DNA of 64,000 bases from Chloroflexi bacterium UBA4730 (GCA_002404155.1 DHJC01000092.1:10636-74635); one strand, 5' to 3'. Positions 1 through 8,877 are shown, counted from the stretch's first letter. The notes: generated by a model from the sequence alone, not told the origin. Made by a program: numbers and translations.

Positions 1-46
1 AGCGTGACGAGCAGGACCGCGAGCGAACGCGCGAGCCACGTGCGCA

Positions 47-1330
47 TCACCGCAGGTAGGCCAAGCGGTACGACTCGAACCGCGCGTAGAACGCGTCCGC
101 CTGCTCGCCGAAGGCCTGCGCGAAGGCGGCGTGCCACTCGACGCCGCGGCCAACGGCTTCGCACCACGCGCGGAGCGGAAGCGGACCGTTCGCCGCAAGG
201 AGCCGATCGACCGCGAGGTACGCGACGCTGTACGGGTTCGCGCTGTCCTGCCATTCGGTCTCGAGCTGGGCGAGCGTGGGATGGCTGGTCGCGGTGCTGA
301 TCTGCCGCTTGGTGAAGGTGTCCATGTTGGACTGCGGGATGAGGCCATCCGCGACGAGCGAGCGGTACGCGAGCGACTCGGCCATCCCTTCCGACAGCCA
401 GCGCGGCCCGAGCATGCACGCGTTGCCGCCGAGCTCGCCCTGCCACACGTGCACGTACTCGTGCGCCGCGAGCTCCTTGCGTTCGGTGTCCGCGGTCCAC
501 GTGTCCGCGGCCGCGGCGCGCGGGCTCACCCACTCGCTGTTGCTCGTCACGATGTCGATGCCATCGAGCTGCGCGAGGCAGCAGTACTGATCGGATCCGT
601 CACCGACCCGGATCCGTGTCGTCGCGGCGCGCGAGCGATCGCCGCCGACAGCACGGGCGAGATACGCGCTCACACGATCGATGCCCTCGTGGACATCCGC
701 GATCGCCCGCGCGTCCACTCCCGCGCCGACGGCGAAGTACATGCCGCGCGGATCGGACGGTGTCGCCGCGGGCGCGCTCCCATCGGGATTGAGGACGGTT
801 ACCTGCCAGAACACGCCGTAGTCCTCCATCCACTGCGCCCCCTCGACCAGCGGACGGATCGCGATGCGGTAGGTGCCTGGTGCGGCCGGCGCTTGGACGG
901 TGAACTGGAACCATGCGATCTGGCCCGGTCCGACGTACGACGCGGGCTGGATGGCGGGCCGGTTGTATCGCGGCCAGCCGGTCGCCGGCGAGCCGAAGCT
1001 CCCGTCACCGCCCACGATGGACGGCGCGTCCTGGCCCGGATCGCTGGCCGCGGTGCCCAGATACGCGACCTCGCCGAGGCGTCCGAGGACCCAGCCCCGC
1101 GACCCGGAGTTGTAGTAGGCGACGGTCGCGGTCCGTTGATCACCGGCGCAGAGCGACATGTATCCCGACTGTCCGTACCACGCGGCGTGAACGCCCGGGA
1201 TCCCGGTCGCGGGGGTCGCCGGCGGCGGCACTCCCGGACCGACCGACGAGACGCATGTGGCTGCGTGCGCCGGGCGGCCAAGCGCGAGCAACGACACGAC
1301 GACCAACAGGGCTGCCATCCCGACCCTCAC
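47..1330 (-). CDS. secreted protein with signal peptide and C-terminal HExxH zinc-metallopeptidase-like domain
   Basis: 427-aa ORF. N-terminus MRVGMAALLVVVSLLALGRPAHA resembles a Sec signal peptide. HEYVH (HExxH) motif in the C-terminal half. GC3-rich codon usage. Overlapping + strand ORFs are Arg-rich shadows. Confidence 0.7.
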   Translation of the reverse strand: MRVGMAALLVVVSLLALGRPAHAATCVSSVGPGVPPPATPATGIPGVHAAWYGQSGYMSLCAGDQRTATVAYYNSGSRGWVLGRLGEVAYLGTAASDPGQDAPSIVGGDGSFGSPATGWPRYNRPAIQPASYVGPGQIAWFQFTVQAPAAPGTYRIAIRPLVEGAQWMEDYGVFWQVTVLNPDGSAPAATPSDPRGMYFAVGAGVDARAIADVHEGIDRVSAYLARAVGGDRSRAATTRIRVGDGSDQYCCLAQLDGIDIVTSNSEWVSPRAAAADTWTADTERKELAAHEYVHVWQGELGGNACMLGPRWLSEGMAESLAYRSLVADGLIPQSNMDTFTKRQISTATSHPTLAQLETEWQDSANPYSVAYLAVDRLLAANGPLPLRAWCEAVGRGVEWHAAFAQAFGEQADAFYARFESYRLAYLR

Positions 1331-1482
1331 TACTGCGTCAACTCCCGAGCCGACCGGTTGTGACGCCGAACGTGCGGCAGTTCTTAAGGAATTCTGTGGC
1401 TCCCTTCATGGTCCGGGCCGTCGCAACGGCGAAGGTGGACCAAAGCCTCGAAAAGAGGTCAACAGAAAGAAGGATCAGAACC

Positions 1483-1743
1483 ATGAACGGCAACCTGAAG
1501 CGTGCGGTGATGGCAGGGCTCGTGACCGCGGCCATGCTCGGAGGCGGCGTCGTCGGCGCCACGGCGTTCCGGGCCACCAGCGTGTTCGCGGCGTCGAACG
1601 CCGGGATCACGACCACCGTCCGGGCGGACGCGTCGGCGGCCCCGGGAGTCTTCGTGTCCAACGAGGACCCGGCGCACGAGGCGACCGAGTCCGCGGCGCG
1701 TGAGGCCCAGGAAGACGCTGGCCAGCGGCCAACCCAGCCCTAA
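1483..1743 (+). CDS. small secreted/membrane-anchored hypothetical protein (86 aa)
   Basis: Internal ATG of ORF 913..1743 preceded by a purine-rich stretch (agaaagaaggat). N-terminus MNGNLKRAVMAGLVTAAMLGGGVVGATA is signal-peptide-like. The upstream part of the ORF is an Arg-rich shadow of the antisense gene. Confidence 0.5.
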   Translation: MNGNLKRAVMAGLVTAAMLGGGVVGATAFRATSVFAASNAGITTTVRADASAAPGVFVSNEDPAHEATESAAREAQEDAGQRPTQP

Positions 1744-1747
1744 GGGG

Positions 1748-3919
1748 CTACTGACGCACACCGTCCAAGAGCACCTCGGCAACGTGGCGCACGACGAACC
1801 GGTCGTGCGCCACGTCGGCCGCCCCGCGCAGATGCAGGAGGCAGCCGGGATTGTCGGTCGCCAGCACCGCGGCGCCGGTCGCGCGAACGTTGTCGAGCTT
1901 CCGCTGCGCGATCTCGCGCGCGAGCTCCGGATGATCGATCGACGTCGAGCCGCCGAACCCGCAGCACACCCCGCGCTCGGCGAGGTCGCGCACGGGGATC
2001 CCGGCGCGCTGCAGCAGTCCCGGCCCCGCGTCACCGGAGCCCATGACGTTCGTGGTCTGACAGAAAGAGTGCATCGTGACGGTCGGGGCGTCGGGCCGGA
2101 GCGGCAGTGCGGGCGGATCGGCGACCCGCTCCAGAAAGCTCAGCAGGTCGAGCGTGCGGGACCCGATGCGCTCGGCCCGCACGCGCCAGTCCGGTTCATC
2201 CGCGAGCAGCTCGGCGTAGTCGTGGGCGATCGCGATGGCACAGCTCGCCCCGGCGCTCACGTAGTGATCGGCCGCGACGGCCTCGAGCGCGCGGATGGTG
2301 TGTTTCGCCATCCGCCGGGCGGTCGCCCGATCCCCTGCATCGAGCGGCGGCAGGCCGCAGCAGTGCTGGCCCGCGGGCACGACGACCCGCGCGCCGCACG
2401 CGCGCAGCAGCTCGATCGCCGCCATGGCCTGCTCCGGGGCGAACCGATCGGTGATGCACTGCAGGAAGTACGCGACGGTCCGGCCCCGCGCCTGGCTGTT
2501 CGCCCACGGCCCCGTTTCCACCGGCTCGAAGGTCCGGCCGAGCAGGGTGTCGCGAGCGGGCGTCGCGGCGAGCGCGGGGACGCTGCGCCAGCGCTGCGCC
2601 GGCGGCAACGGGACGCGGAGGAACGCGCCGCGCCGGACCGGCCGCTGGAGTACGGACGCAGCGCGCATCACGACGTCGAAGACCCGCGGCCGGGACCAGA
2701 CGGCGAACGCGAGTCGTTTCGCGAGCGGCAGGCCGTGCGCCTCGACCACCTTCGCCCGCACCCGGAGGATCTGCTGCGGCAGTGGAATGTCGACCGGGCA
2801 GATCGTCGCGCACGCGTTGCAGCTCACGCAGAGGCTCTGCGGGCCGGCGACGGCATCAAGGCCGTGGTGCGCCGCGGTGTTCACGAGGCCGATCGGCCCG
2901 GAGTAGATGTAGCCGAAGACGTGTCCGCCGACCACCTGGTATGACGGGCAGACATCGGCGCACGCCGCGCAGCGGATGCAGCGCAGGACGTCGCGGAAGG
3001 CCGGATCGGCATGCAGTGCGCTCCGGCCGTTGTCCACCAGCACGAGATGGATCTCGCGGCCGTCGTCGGCGCCCGTGATGAAGCTCGTGTAGGTCGTGAT
3101 CTCCTGCGCCGTCGCGCTGCGTGCGAGGAGCCGGAGCTGCGACGCCGCATCGGCGAACGTCGGCACGAGCTTCTCCCAGCCGGCGATGACGATGAGCGTC
3201 TTCGGCAGCGTGCTCACGAGATCGCCATTGCCTTCGTTCGTTACGAGCATCACCGTGCCGGTGTCGGCGATGAGCGCGTTCGCCCCGATCATGCCCGCAT
3301 CGGCGGTCAGGAACACGCGGCGCAGCTCCGCACGCGCCAACCGGACCATCGCGCCGATGTCGTCCGGGTCGACGTCGGTGCGGGTCTCGGCCTCGAGCAG
3401 CGTCGCCACCTGCTGACGGCTCTTGTGGATCGCCGGCATGACCATGTGGCTCGGCGTCTCGTGGGCGAGCTGGACGATCCACTCGCCGAGATCGGTCTCG
3501 ACCACGCGGATGCCGGCCGCCTCGAGATGGTGGTTGAGAAAGACCTCCTCGCCGACCATCGACTTGCCCTTCGCGAAGAGCTTGACGTCGCGCTCCCGGA
3601 GCAGTCGAAGCACGATCTCCCGCGCGTCGTCGGCCGTCCACGCGTCGTGCACCGTCCCACCGCGAGCGGCGAACGCGGCGACGAATCGCGCGCGCGCCGC
3701 ATCCGGATCGGCGAGCACGCTGTCCTTCGCCGCCACGAGGCGAGCCTTCGCGTCGGCGAACGAGCTGGTCGACGCACCAAGCCCTGGCCCCTCGGCCTGC
3801 AGCCGGTCAAAGGCCGCGTCGCGAGTCAGCCGCCACGCGCGCTGGAACGCGAGGAGATTGCGCTTGAGCCGCGGGTCTGCCAGGGCGCGGCGGTACCGTT
3901 CGGCGAAGGGTGCGATCAC
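1748..3919 (-). CDS. lutB: fused LutB-LutA lactate utilisation protein (LUD domain + 2x4Fe-4S + CCG cysteine-rich domains)
   Basis: 723 aa. CIRCAACADVCP and CVSCNACATICP ferredoxin motifs after a LUD-type region. C-terminal half carries QHCCGLP and VCCGFGG (CCG domains typical of LutA/GlcF-like Fe-S oxidoreductases). Start overlaps the lutC stop by 4 nt. Confidence 0.85.
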   Translation of the reverse strand: MIAPFAERYRRALADPRLKRNLLAFQRAWRLTRDAAFDRLQAEGPGLGASTSSFADAKARLVAAKDSVLADPDAARARFVAAFAARGGTVHDAWTADDAREIVLRLLRERDVKLFAKGKSMVGEEVFLNHHLEAAGIRVVETDLGEWIVQLAHETPSHMVMPAIHKSRQQVATLLEAETRTDVDPDDIGAMVRLARAELRRVFLTADAGMIGANALIADTGTVMLVTNEGNGDLVSTLPKTLIVIAGWEKLVPTFADAASQLRLLARSATAQEITTYTSFITGADDGREIHLVLVDNGRSALHADPAFRDVLRCIRCAACADVCPSYQVVGGHVFGYIYSGPIGLVNTAAHHGLDAVAGPQSLCVSCNACATICPVDIPLPQQILRVRAKVVEAHGLPLAKRLAFAVWSRPRVFDVVMRAASVLQRPVRRGAFLRVPLPPAQRWRSVPALAATPARDTLLGRTFEPVETGPWANSQARGRTVAYFLQCITDRFAPEQAMAAIELLRACGARVVVPAGQHCCGLPPLDAGDRATARRMAKHTIRALEAVAADHYVSAGASCAIAIAHDYAELLADEPDWRVRAERIGSRTLDLLSFLERVADPPALPLRPDAPTVTMHSFCQTTNVMGSGDAGPGLLQRAGIPVRDLAERGVCCGFGGSTSIDHPELAREIAQRKLDNVRATGAAVLATDNPGCLLHLRGAADVAHDRFVVRHVAEVLLDGVRQ

Positions 3920-4326
3920 CCGACGAACACCACGTGCAGCTCGCGCGGCCCGTGGACTCCGACGGTGAGGGCGCGCTCGATGTCCGCCGTGCGGCTCGGC
4001 CCGGTCATGAGCGTCACGTACGGCCGGCCCTCGCGGACCAGGGCTTCGATGCGGGCCAGCGCCTCATCGAGGGACGCCACCACCTGATCTTCCGGTACGA
4101 GCAGGAACAGCCGGTCCGCAAGGAGGGCCCGACCGCGCTCCTCGCGCGGCCATGAGACCGCGACGGAGCCGGTCTCCGCGACGGCGAAGAGGCCGTCGGT
4201 CACGTGGTCACCGCCGCCGGGTCCAAGGAGCCGGCGTGCCGTTTCCGGATCTGGAGCGTTGCTGACCGTGGCTCCGGCCGCCGTCGCCTTGCGGGCGAAA
4301 TGCTCGCGGAGCCCACCGCCGATCAC
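3916..4326 (-). CDS. lutC: LutC-like LUD-domain protein
   Basis: 136 aa, sited directly upstream of lutB. Sequence GLFAVAETGSVAV...LFLLVPEDQVV...MTGPSRTADIE is typical of the LutC/YkgG family. Confidence 0.8.
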   Translation of the reverse strand: MIGGGLREHFARKATAAGATVSNAPDPETARRLLGPGGGDHVTDGLFAVAETGSVAVSWPREERGRALLADRLFLLVPEDQVVASLDEALARIEALVREGRPYVTLMTGPSRTADIERALTVGVHGPRELHVVFVG

Positions 4327-4922
4327 GACCCGCGCTCGAACCGGTCCTTCGCCTCATTCCAGCGGAAGAGCAGCTTCGCGTCGGGCTTGCCGTTCTTGAC
4401 GCCCTGGATCTCGTGGACCGTGCTCACGACCCGGCGGGTCGGGTTCTCCCATTCCCCCAACGAGCGGAGGTACACGACGAGCGAGATGCCCGCGGCGTGC
4501 GCGTCGGGCACGCCGCAGCCCTGGCAGATGATCGAGAACGCCTCGTCGGGATCCGGTGCGTGCAGCGCGGTCGCGAGCGCGGTGCCCTGGGTGATGCCGT
4601 TGAAGGCGCGCCGCACCGGCTCGGCCCACACGTAGCCCGCGGACCACGCGCCGCGGCTGATCTCCGGAACGATGAGGTAGCCGCCCTTCGCCCGTTCCAC
4701 GAGCGGATCGACGTCATCGCCGTCGTAGCCGAGGGCGAGCGCCAGCTTCGATTGCTCGGCGAGCATCGCGCGCATCGTCGTGGTCTTACCTGCGAGCCGC
4801 GGGACCGCCATGACCAGGAAGCTCTTGTGGGCCTGCGCGGTCTCCCGCAACAGGTCCGCGATCTCCTGGGACATCGTGCCATTCGCCACCTGGTCGGCCA
4901 GCCGGATCTGCGTCTCCGCCAT
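4323..4922 (-). CDS. minimal T2SSE/VirB11-like P-loop ATPase core with degenerate Walker A
   Basis: ORF 4323..4952; I prefer the ATG at 4922 because 4951-4980 forms a strong hairpin. VPRLAGKTTTM (P-loop), YLIVPEISRG (Walker B/Asp-box-like), ATALHA (His-box-like), VVYLRSLG...RRVVSTVHEI (C-terminal strand pattern of secretion ATPases). Stop overlaps the lutC start by 4 nt. Confidence 0.5.
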   Translation of the reverse strand: MAETQIRLADQVANGTMSQEIADLLRETAQAHKSFLVMAVPRLAGKTTTMRAMLAEQSKLALALGYDGDDVDPLVERAKGGYLIVPEISRGAWSAGYVWAEPVRRAFNGITQGTALATALHAPDPDEAFSIICQGCGVPDAHAAGISLVVYLRSLGEWENPTRRVVSTVHEIQGVKNGKPDAKLLFRWNEAKDRFERGS

Positions 4923-4950
4923 CGGCGGAACAGTAGGTGAACCGAAATGC

Positions 4951-4980
4951 ACTGCGCCCGCCTCAGGGGGCGGGCGCAGT
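4951..4980 (-). terminator. perfect 12-bp GC hairpin downstream of the repeat-protein gene
   Basis: actgcgcccgcc / tcaggg / ggcgggcgcagt read directly. On the minus strand it is followed by GCATTTCGGTT (partly U-rich). It lies about 40 nt after the stop at 5021. Confidence 0.55.
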
Positions 4981-5020
4981 CGGTCAAGGAGGGAGTGATG
5001 GGTATTACGGGTTGAGTGAG

Positions 5021-5761
5021 CTAGCGGCGCGGGCCTCGTCCGGCCGGCTCGGTCGAGTCGACGAGCTTGGTCATGCGGTCGGTCAGGCCGGTCTCGAGCT
5101 GCGTGGCCTGGTCGGCGGTGACCTTCCCGTCGGTCTTGGCTTGCTCGATCTTCGTCTTCGCGTCAGCGACGAGCGCCTGGATGAGCGCGTCGCGCGTCTT
5201 GCCGGCGGCCGTCGCGATCTGCGCGAGGGTCTGACCGCCCTGCATCTTCGTCCGGAGGTCCGCGGTCGTTGTGCCGAGGAAGGTCGCGGCGGCGGCGAGC
5301 GGGTCACCCTGGACGCCGAAGCCGAAGCCGAAGCCGCGGCCGCCGAGGCCCGGCCCACCGTTGCCGGGGCCGCCTGGGTTCGCTGTCCCCTTTTGGTCGA
5401 CGAGGGTCGAGATCGAGGTCTGCTCCGCGGCGACAAGGGCGGCGATGAGGCCGTCACGCGTCTTGCCGTTCGCGACCGCGATGTCCGCGAGGCTCTTGCC
5501 CGCGGCGAGCTGGGTCTTGAGGTCGGCGGCGGAGAGCCCGATGTACGTCGCGGCCGCGGTCACGAGGTCCGCCCCACCGCGGCCGCTGTTGTCAGCGAGC
5601 GGGCCGGGGTTCGTGCCGAGCTGTGCGGCGAGCTGGGTAGCAGCGCCGGGCTGCGCCGCGGCGGCGGTGGCCGAGGTCCAAAGGATCGCGGCGCTCGCGA
5701 TGCCTCCGGAGAAGACCAGCGCGACGCCGGTCGCGATGAGGGCCCGTTCGATGTTCTTCAT
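5021..5761 (-). CDS. membrane-anchored/secreted protein with an internal two-fold repeat
   Basis: Start taken at MKNIERAL (M26 of ORF 5021..5836). Hydrophobic anchor IATGVALVFSGGIASAAIL. Two homologous modules (AAATYIGLSAADLKTQLAAGKSLADIAVANGKTRDGLIAALVAAE and AAATFLGTTTADLRTKMQGGQTLAQIATAAGKTRDALIQALVADA) separated by a Gly-rich linker. Confidence 0.65.
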   Translation of the reverse strand: MKNIERALIATGVALVFSGGIASAAILWTSATAAAAQPGAATQLAAQLGTNPGPLADNSGRGGADLVTAAATYIGLSAADLKTQLAAGKSLADIAVANGKTRDGLIAALVAAEQTSISTLVDQKGTANPGGPGNGGPGLGGRGFGFGFGVQGDPLAAAATFLGTTTADLRTKMQGGQTLAQIATAAGKTRDALIQALVADAKTKIEQAKTDGKVTADQATQLETGLTDRMTKLVDSTEPAGRGPRR

Positions 5762-5867
5762 GTGCCTCAGGTCCTTTCGGTCACGCCGGTCGGGGCGCTC
5801 GTGAGTCAAGGTGGCACGTGGCGAAGGGCGGGTCATGAAAGGGCCATAAGAAACGGGGCCGAACGGG

Positions 5868-5888
5868 CCGTTCTTAGCCCGTTCTTAG
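5868..5888. promoter_or_regulatory. tandem direct repeat ccgttcttag x2 (11-bp period), candidate response-regulator box
   Basis: ccgttcttag at 5868-5877 and 5879-5888, 24 nt upstream of the GTG of the OmpR-family regulator. An imperfect inverted copy (taagaaacgg) lies at 5848-5857. Confidence 0.35.
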
Positions 5889-5911
5889 GCCCTCCTCCGT
5901 AAACTCGACTC

Positions 5912-6589
5912 GTGAACGTCCTCTTGGTCGAGGACGATCCCGCGGTACGGGGCGCGGTGGAGCGGGCGCTCCGCCACGCCGGGCACCAGCCGGCCCTGGC
6001 AGCGGACGGGGTCCGGGCGCTGGAGCAGGCAACGGCCGTCCCGTACGACGCGGTGGTCCTCGACCTTGGTCTCCCCGGTCTCGACGGGCTCGAGGTCTGC
6101 CGCCGCCTTCGGGCGGCCGGCAACCAGGTGCCCGTGCTGATGCTGACCGCTCGCGCGGCGGTGTCGGAGCGCGTCTCGGGTCTCGACGCCGGCGCCGATG
6201 ACTATCTCGTGAAGCCGTTCGCGCTCGACGAGCTGCTCGCGCGACTCCGTGCGCTCGAGCGGCGCGCGCCGTCGAACGGCCAGGTCCGCGGGCAGCTGCG
6301 GTTCGGCGAACTCGTGATCGACCGTGACGCGATGACCTGCAGGCGCGGCGAGCGCGAGATCCAGCTCTCGCGCACCGAGTATCAGCTGCTCGAGCTCCTC
6401 CTGACGAACCAGGGGAAGGTCCTCAGCCGCGATGTCATCTTCGACAAGGTCTGGGGCTACGACTTCGGACCGGAGTCCAACTCGCTCGACGTGTACGTTG
6501 GCTACCTGCGGCGAAAGCTCGAGGCCGACGGCGAGCCGCGGATCATCCACACCGTGCGCGGCGTGGGCTACGTGATGCGCGAGCAATGA
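5912..6589 (+). CDS. OmpR/PhoB-family response regulator
   Basis: 225 aa. Receiver domain (LLVEDDP...DAVVLDLGLPGLDG...LMLTA) and winged-helix output (LSRTEYQLLELLL...IHTVRGVGYVM). Confidence 0.93.
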   Translation: MNVLLVEDDPAVRGAVERALRHAGHQPALAADGVRALEQATAVPYDAVVLDLGLPGLDGLEVCRRLRAAGNQVPVLMLTARAAVSERVSGLDAGADDYLVKPFALDELLARLRALERRAPSNGQVRGQLRFGELVIDRDAMTCRRGEREIQLSRTEYQLLELLLTNQGKVLSRDVIFDKVWGYDFGPESNSLDVYVGYLRRKLEADGEPRIIHTVRGVGYVMREQ

Positions 6590-7920
6590 GCTTCCGGCTT
6601 CGGGTCACGCTCCTCGCCGCGGGGGCGGTCGCGGTCGCCGTGGTCGGCGCTGCGGTGCTGATGTACTTCGTCGTTCAGACGCAGCTCCTGACCCAGTTCA
6701 ACAACACGCTGCAAGATACGGCGAACGGCGTCCAGAATCCGCGCGAGGGCGGCCCGGGTGGCCGCTTCCCGGGCGGCCCGCAAGGCAGCCTGTCCGGCAG
6801 GTCCGACGTGGCCGCCCAGATCGTGAGCACCAACACCGGAACGGTGAGCCGCTCGGACGCGCAGCCGGTCGTCGCGCTCGTGACGCCAGGCGCTATCGCG
6901 GTCGCAAGCGGCTCCGCACCGGCCTACTTCTTCGACACGACCCTTGAGGGATCGCACCTGCGCGTTTGGGTATCGCCCGGAGCGCAGCGCGGAACGGCGC
7001 TCGAGGTCTGGGGTCCGCTCGATCCCATCGAGAGCATCCTCGCCGAGACGCGCGTCCGTCTGGCCCTGGTCGCGTTCGCGGGCGTGCTGCTCGCCGCCGC
7101 GCTCGGCACCGTGGTCGCGCGGGCCGCGCTCGCGCCGGTCCAGCACCTGACCTCGGTGGTCGAGGAGGTCGCCCGGACGCGCGATCTCTCGCGGCGTGTC
7201 GCGGCGACGGGCAACGATGAGCTCAGCCGCCTCGCCGCGAGCTTCAACGAGATGCTCGGCGCGCTCGAGGTGTCGCTGCGCCAGCAGCGGCAGCTGGTCG
7301 CCGACGCGTCGCATGAGCTCCGCACGCCCCTCACGAGCCTGCGCACGAACCTCGAGCTACTGGCGCGCGGTCACCCGACGGACGAAACGGAGCGGCACGC
7401 CGTGCTCACCGACCTTGTGAATCAGATGGAGCGCCTCTCGACCCTGGTCGCCGATCTCATCGACCTCGCGCGCGACGAGGAGGCATCGCTGCCGGTCGAG
7501 GACGTACGCCTGGACGAGGTCGTGACGGACGCCCTTGCTGGCGTGCGCGGCCGGTACCCGAACGTCCTGTTCACCGTCGTGAGCCAGCCGACGACCATCA
7601 GCGGCGTGCGTTCGCGGGTCTCGCGCGCCGTGACGAACCTCCTCGACAACGCGGGCAAGTGGAGTCCGGTGGGCGGCGTCGTGGAGGTGAGCGTCGCGGA
7701 CGGCGAGGTGAGCGTGCGCGACCACGGCCCGGGCATCAGGCCCGAGGACGCGCCGCACGTCTTCGACCGCTTCTGGCGGGCCAGCAACGCGCGGCACCTG
7801 CCGGGGTCCGGTCTCGGGCTCTCGATCGTGAAGGACGTGGCCGAGAAGCACGGTGGGTCGGTGACCCTCGAGCCCGCCCCAGGCGGCGGCGCGCGGTTCC
7901 GCCTGCGGCTCGCGGCCTAA
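6586..7920 (+). CDS. sensor histidine kinase (2 TM, HAMP, HisKA, HATPase_c)
   Basis: 444 aa. H-box ASHELRTPLTSL, N-box LLDNAGKW, G-boxes DHGPGI and GSGLGLSIV. Start overlaps the regulator stop by 4 nt. Confidence 0.93.
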   Translation: MSFRLRVTLLAAGAVAVAVVGAAVLMYFVVQTQLLTQFNNTLQDTANGVQNPREGGPGGRFPGGPQGSLSGRSDVAAQIVSTNTGTVSRSDAQPVVALVTPGAIAVASGSAPAYFFDTTLEGSHLRVWVSPGAQRGTALEVWGPLDPIESILAETRVRLALVAFAGVLLAAALGTVVARAALAPVQHLTSVVEEVARTRDLSRRVAATGNDELSRLAASFNEMLGALEVSLRQQRQLVADASHELRTPLTSLRTNLELLARGHPTDETERHAVLTDLVNQMERLSTLVADLIDLARDEEASLPVEDVRLDEVVTDALAGVRGRYPNVLFTVVSQPTTISGVRSRVSRAVTNLLDNAGKWSPVGGVVEVSVADGEVSVRDHGPGIRPEDAPHVFDRFWRASNARHLPGSGLGLSIVKDVAEKHGGSVTLEPAPGGGARFRLRLAA

Positions 7921-8125
7921 GCGTTCGCAAAGGAACGATCACGGGGCCGCGGTCTCTTAGCCGGCGCTTACGCGGCGGCCCACCCGGGACGCTTTGCTGG
8001 TCCGATGAGCGCGCTCGATATGGCCATCCACTGCGTTCAGGTGCTCGTGTGCCTGCGGCTACGTCTCGCCGTCGCCTGACGAGCCGTCGTACGATCGACC
8101 GACGCCCACCCTCAATGCCCGCACG

Positions 8126-8383
8126 ATCCGCTGCACCCACCGGAGCGCGATCAAGCGCGTCGAGCCTGACGGCGACGGCTGCGCGGAATGTCTCGCGACC
8201 GGGGACGAGTGGGTCCACCTTCGGATGTGCATGAGCTGCGGCGCGGTCCGCTGCTGCGACTCCTCGCCGAACCGGCACGCGAGCCGCCATGCGAAGACGA
8301 CGGGCCATCCGATCGTGCGCTCGATGGAGCCGGGGGAGGACTGGCTGTGGTGCTACGTGGACGAGGTCTTCATCCAGCCCTAG
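8126..8383 (+). CDS. UBP-type zinc-finger protein; start codon unresolved (non-canonical start, frameshift or pseudogene)
   Basis: Frame 2, absent from the ORF track. Translates to ...IRCTHRSAIKRVEPDGDGCAECLATGDEWVHLRMCMSCGAVRCCDSSPNRHASRHAKTTGHPIVRSMEPGEDWLWCYVDEVFIQP*, the classic UBP Zn-finger pattern. The frame is open from 8009, but the first in-frame ATG/GTG/TTG is 8225, inside the domain. Confidence 0.55.
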   Translation: MRCTHRSAIKRVEPDGDGCAECLATGDEWVHLRMCMSCGAVRCCDSSPNRHASRHAKTTGHPIVRSMEPGEDWLWCYVDEVFIQP

Positions 8384-8390
8384 GTATCAC

Positions 8391-8409
8391 CGCGGCCCTG
8401 CGGGCCGCG
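8391..8409. terminator. 8-bp GC hairpin between convergent genes
   Basis: cgcggccc tgc gggccgcg read directly, 8 nt after the zinc-finger stop. No U-tract. Confidence 0.35.
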
Positions 8410-8431
8410 TCCACTGAAGGCTCTGTCGGCG

Positions 8432-8578
8432 CTAGTGCTGCCCGAGCGTGACGATGAGCGCGATGATCACGAACGTGACGGCGAAGATCGGCAGGGCGAG
8501 CGCGGCGAAGATGATGTGGTCCTGCTGCCGGTACTGCGGGTCGGGTTTGTGCGGCGGAGGCGTTCCGTGGTCGGCCAT
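8432..8578 (-). CDS. 48-aa single-TM protein
   Basis: MADHGTPPPHKPDPQYRQQDHIIFAALALPIFAVTFVIIALIVTLGQH. Polar N-terminus plus one clean TM helix. GC3-rich. This is the C-terminal part of the implausible ORF 8432..8932. Confidence 0.45.
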   Translation of the reverse strand: MADHGTPPPHKPDPQYRQQDHIIFAALALPIFAVTFVIIALIVTLGQH

Positions 8579-8609
8579 CGCTCGAAAATCTAGCGCATAG
8601 CATCGACCG

Positions 8610-8873
8610 ATGGAGATCGCGCTCCTCATCTGGTTCGTTATCGGCGCCGGCATCGCGGCCGGCGCGTTCGTCCTGGCGCGGTCGGCCATCCAGATCGCGT
8701 CCATCGCGTATGACGTCCTCGAGAAGCGCCTCGATCCACGGGTCGCCACGCGCCAGACGATCCTGCTCACGCTCGCAGGTGTTACGGCGCTCGTCGCCAC
8801 GTCGATCGTCGCGGGCATCGCCATCCTCGCGATGCTCCAAGGCCTGGTGAACGCGAGCGGCCTGAACCAATGA
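8610..8873 (+). CDS. 87-aa membrane protein (2-3 TM)
   Basis: ATG start, strongly hydrophobic segments (IALLIWFVIGAGIAAGAFVLA; ILLTLAGVTALVATSIVAGIAILAML), GC3-rich codons. Confidence 0.55.
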   Translation: MEIALLIWFVIGAGIAAGAFVLARSAIQIASIAYDVLEKRLDPRVATRQTILLTLAGVTALVATSIVAGIAILAMLQGLVNASGLNQ

Positions 8874-8877
8874 CTAC

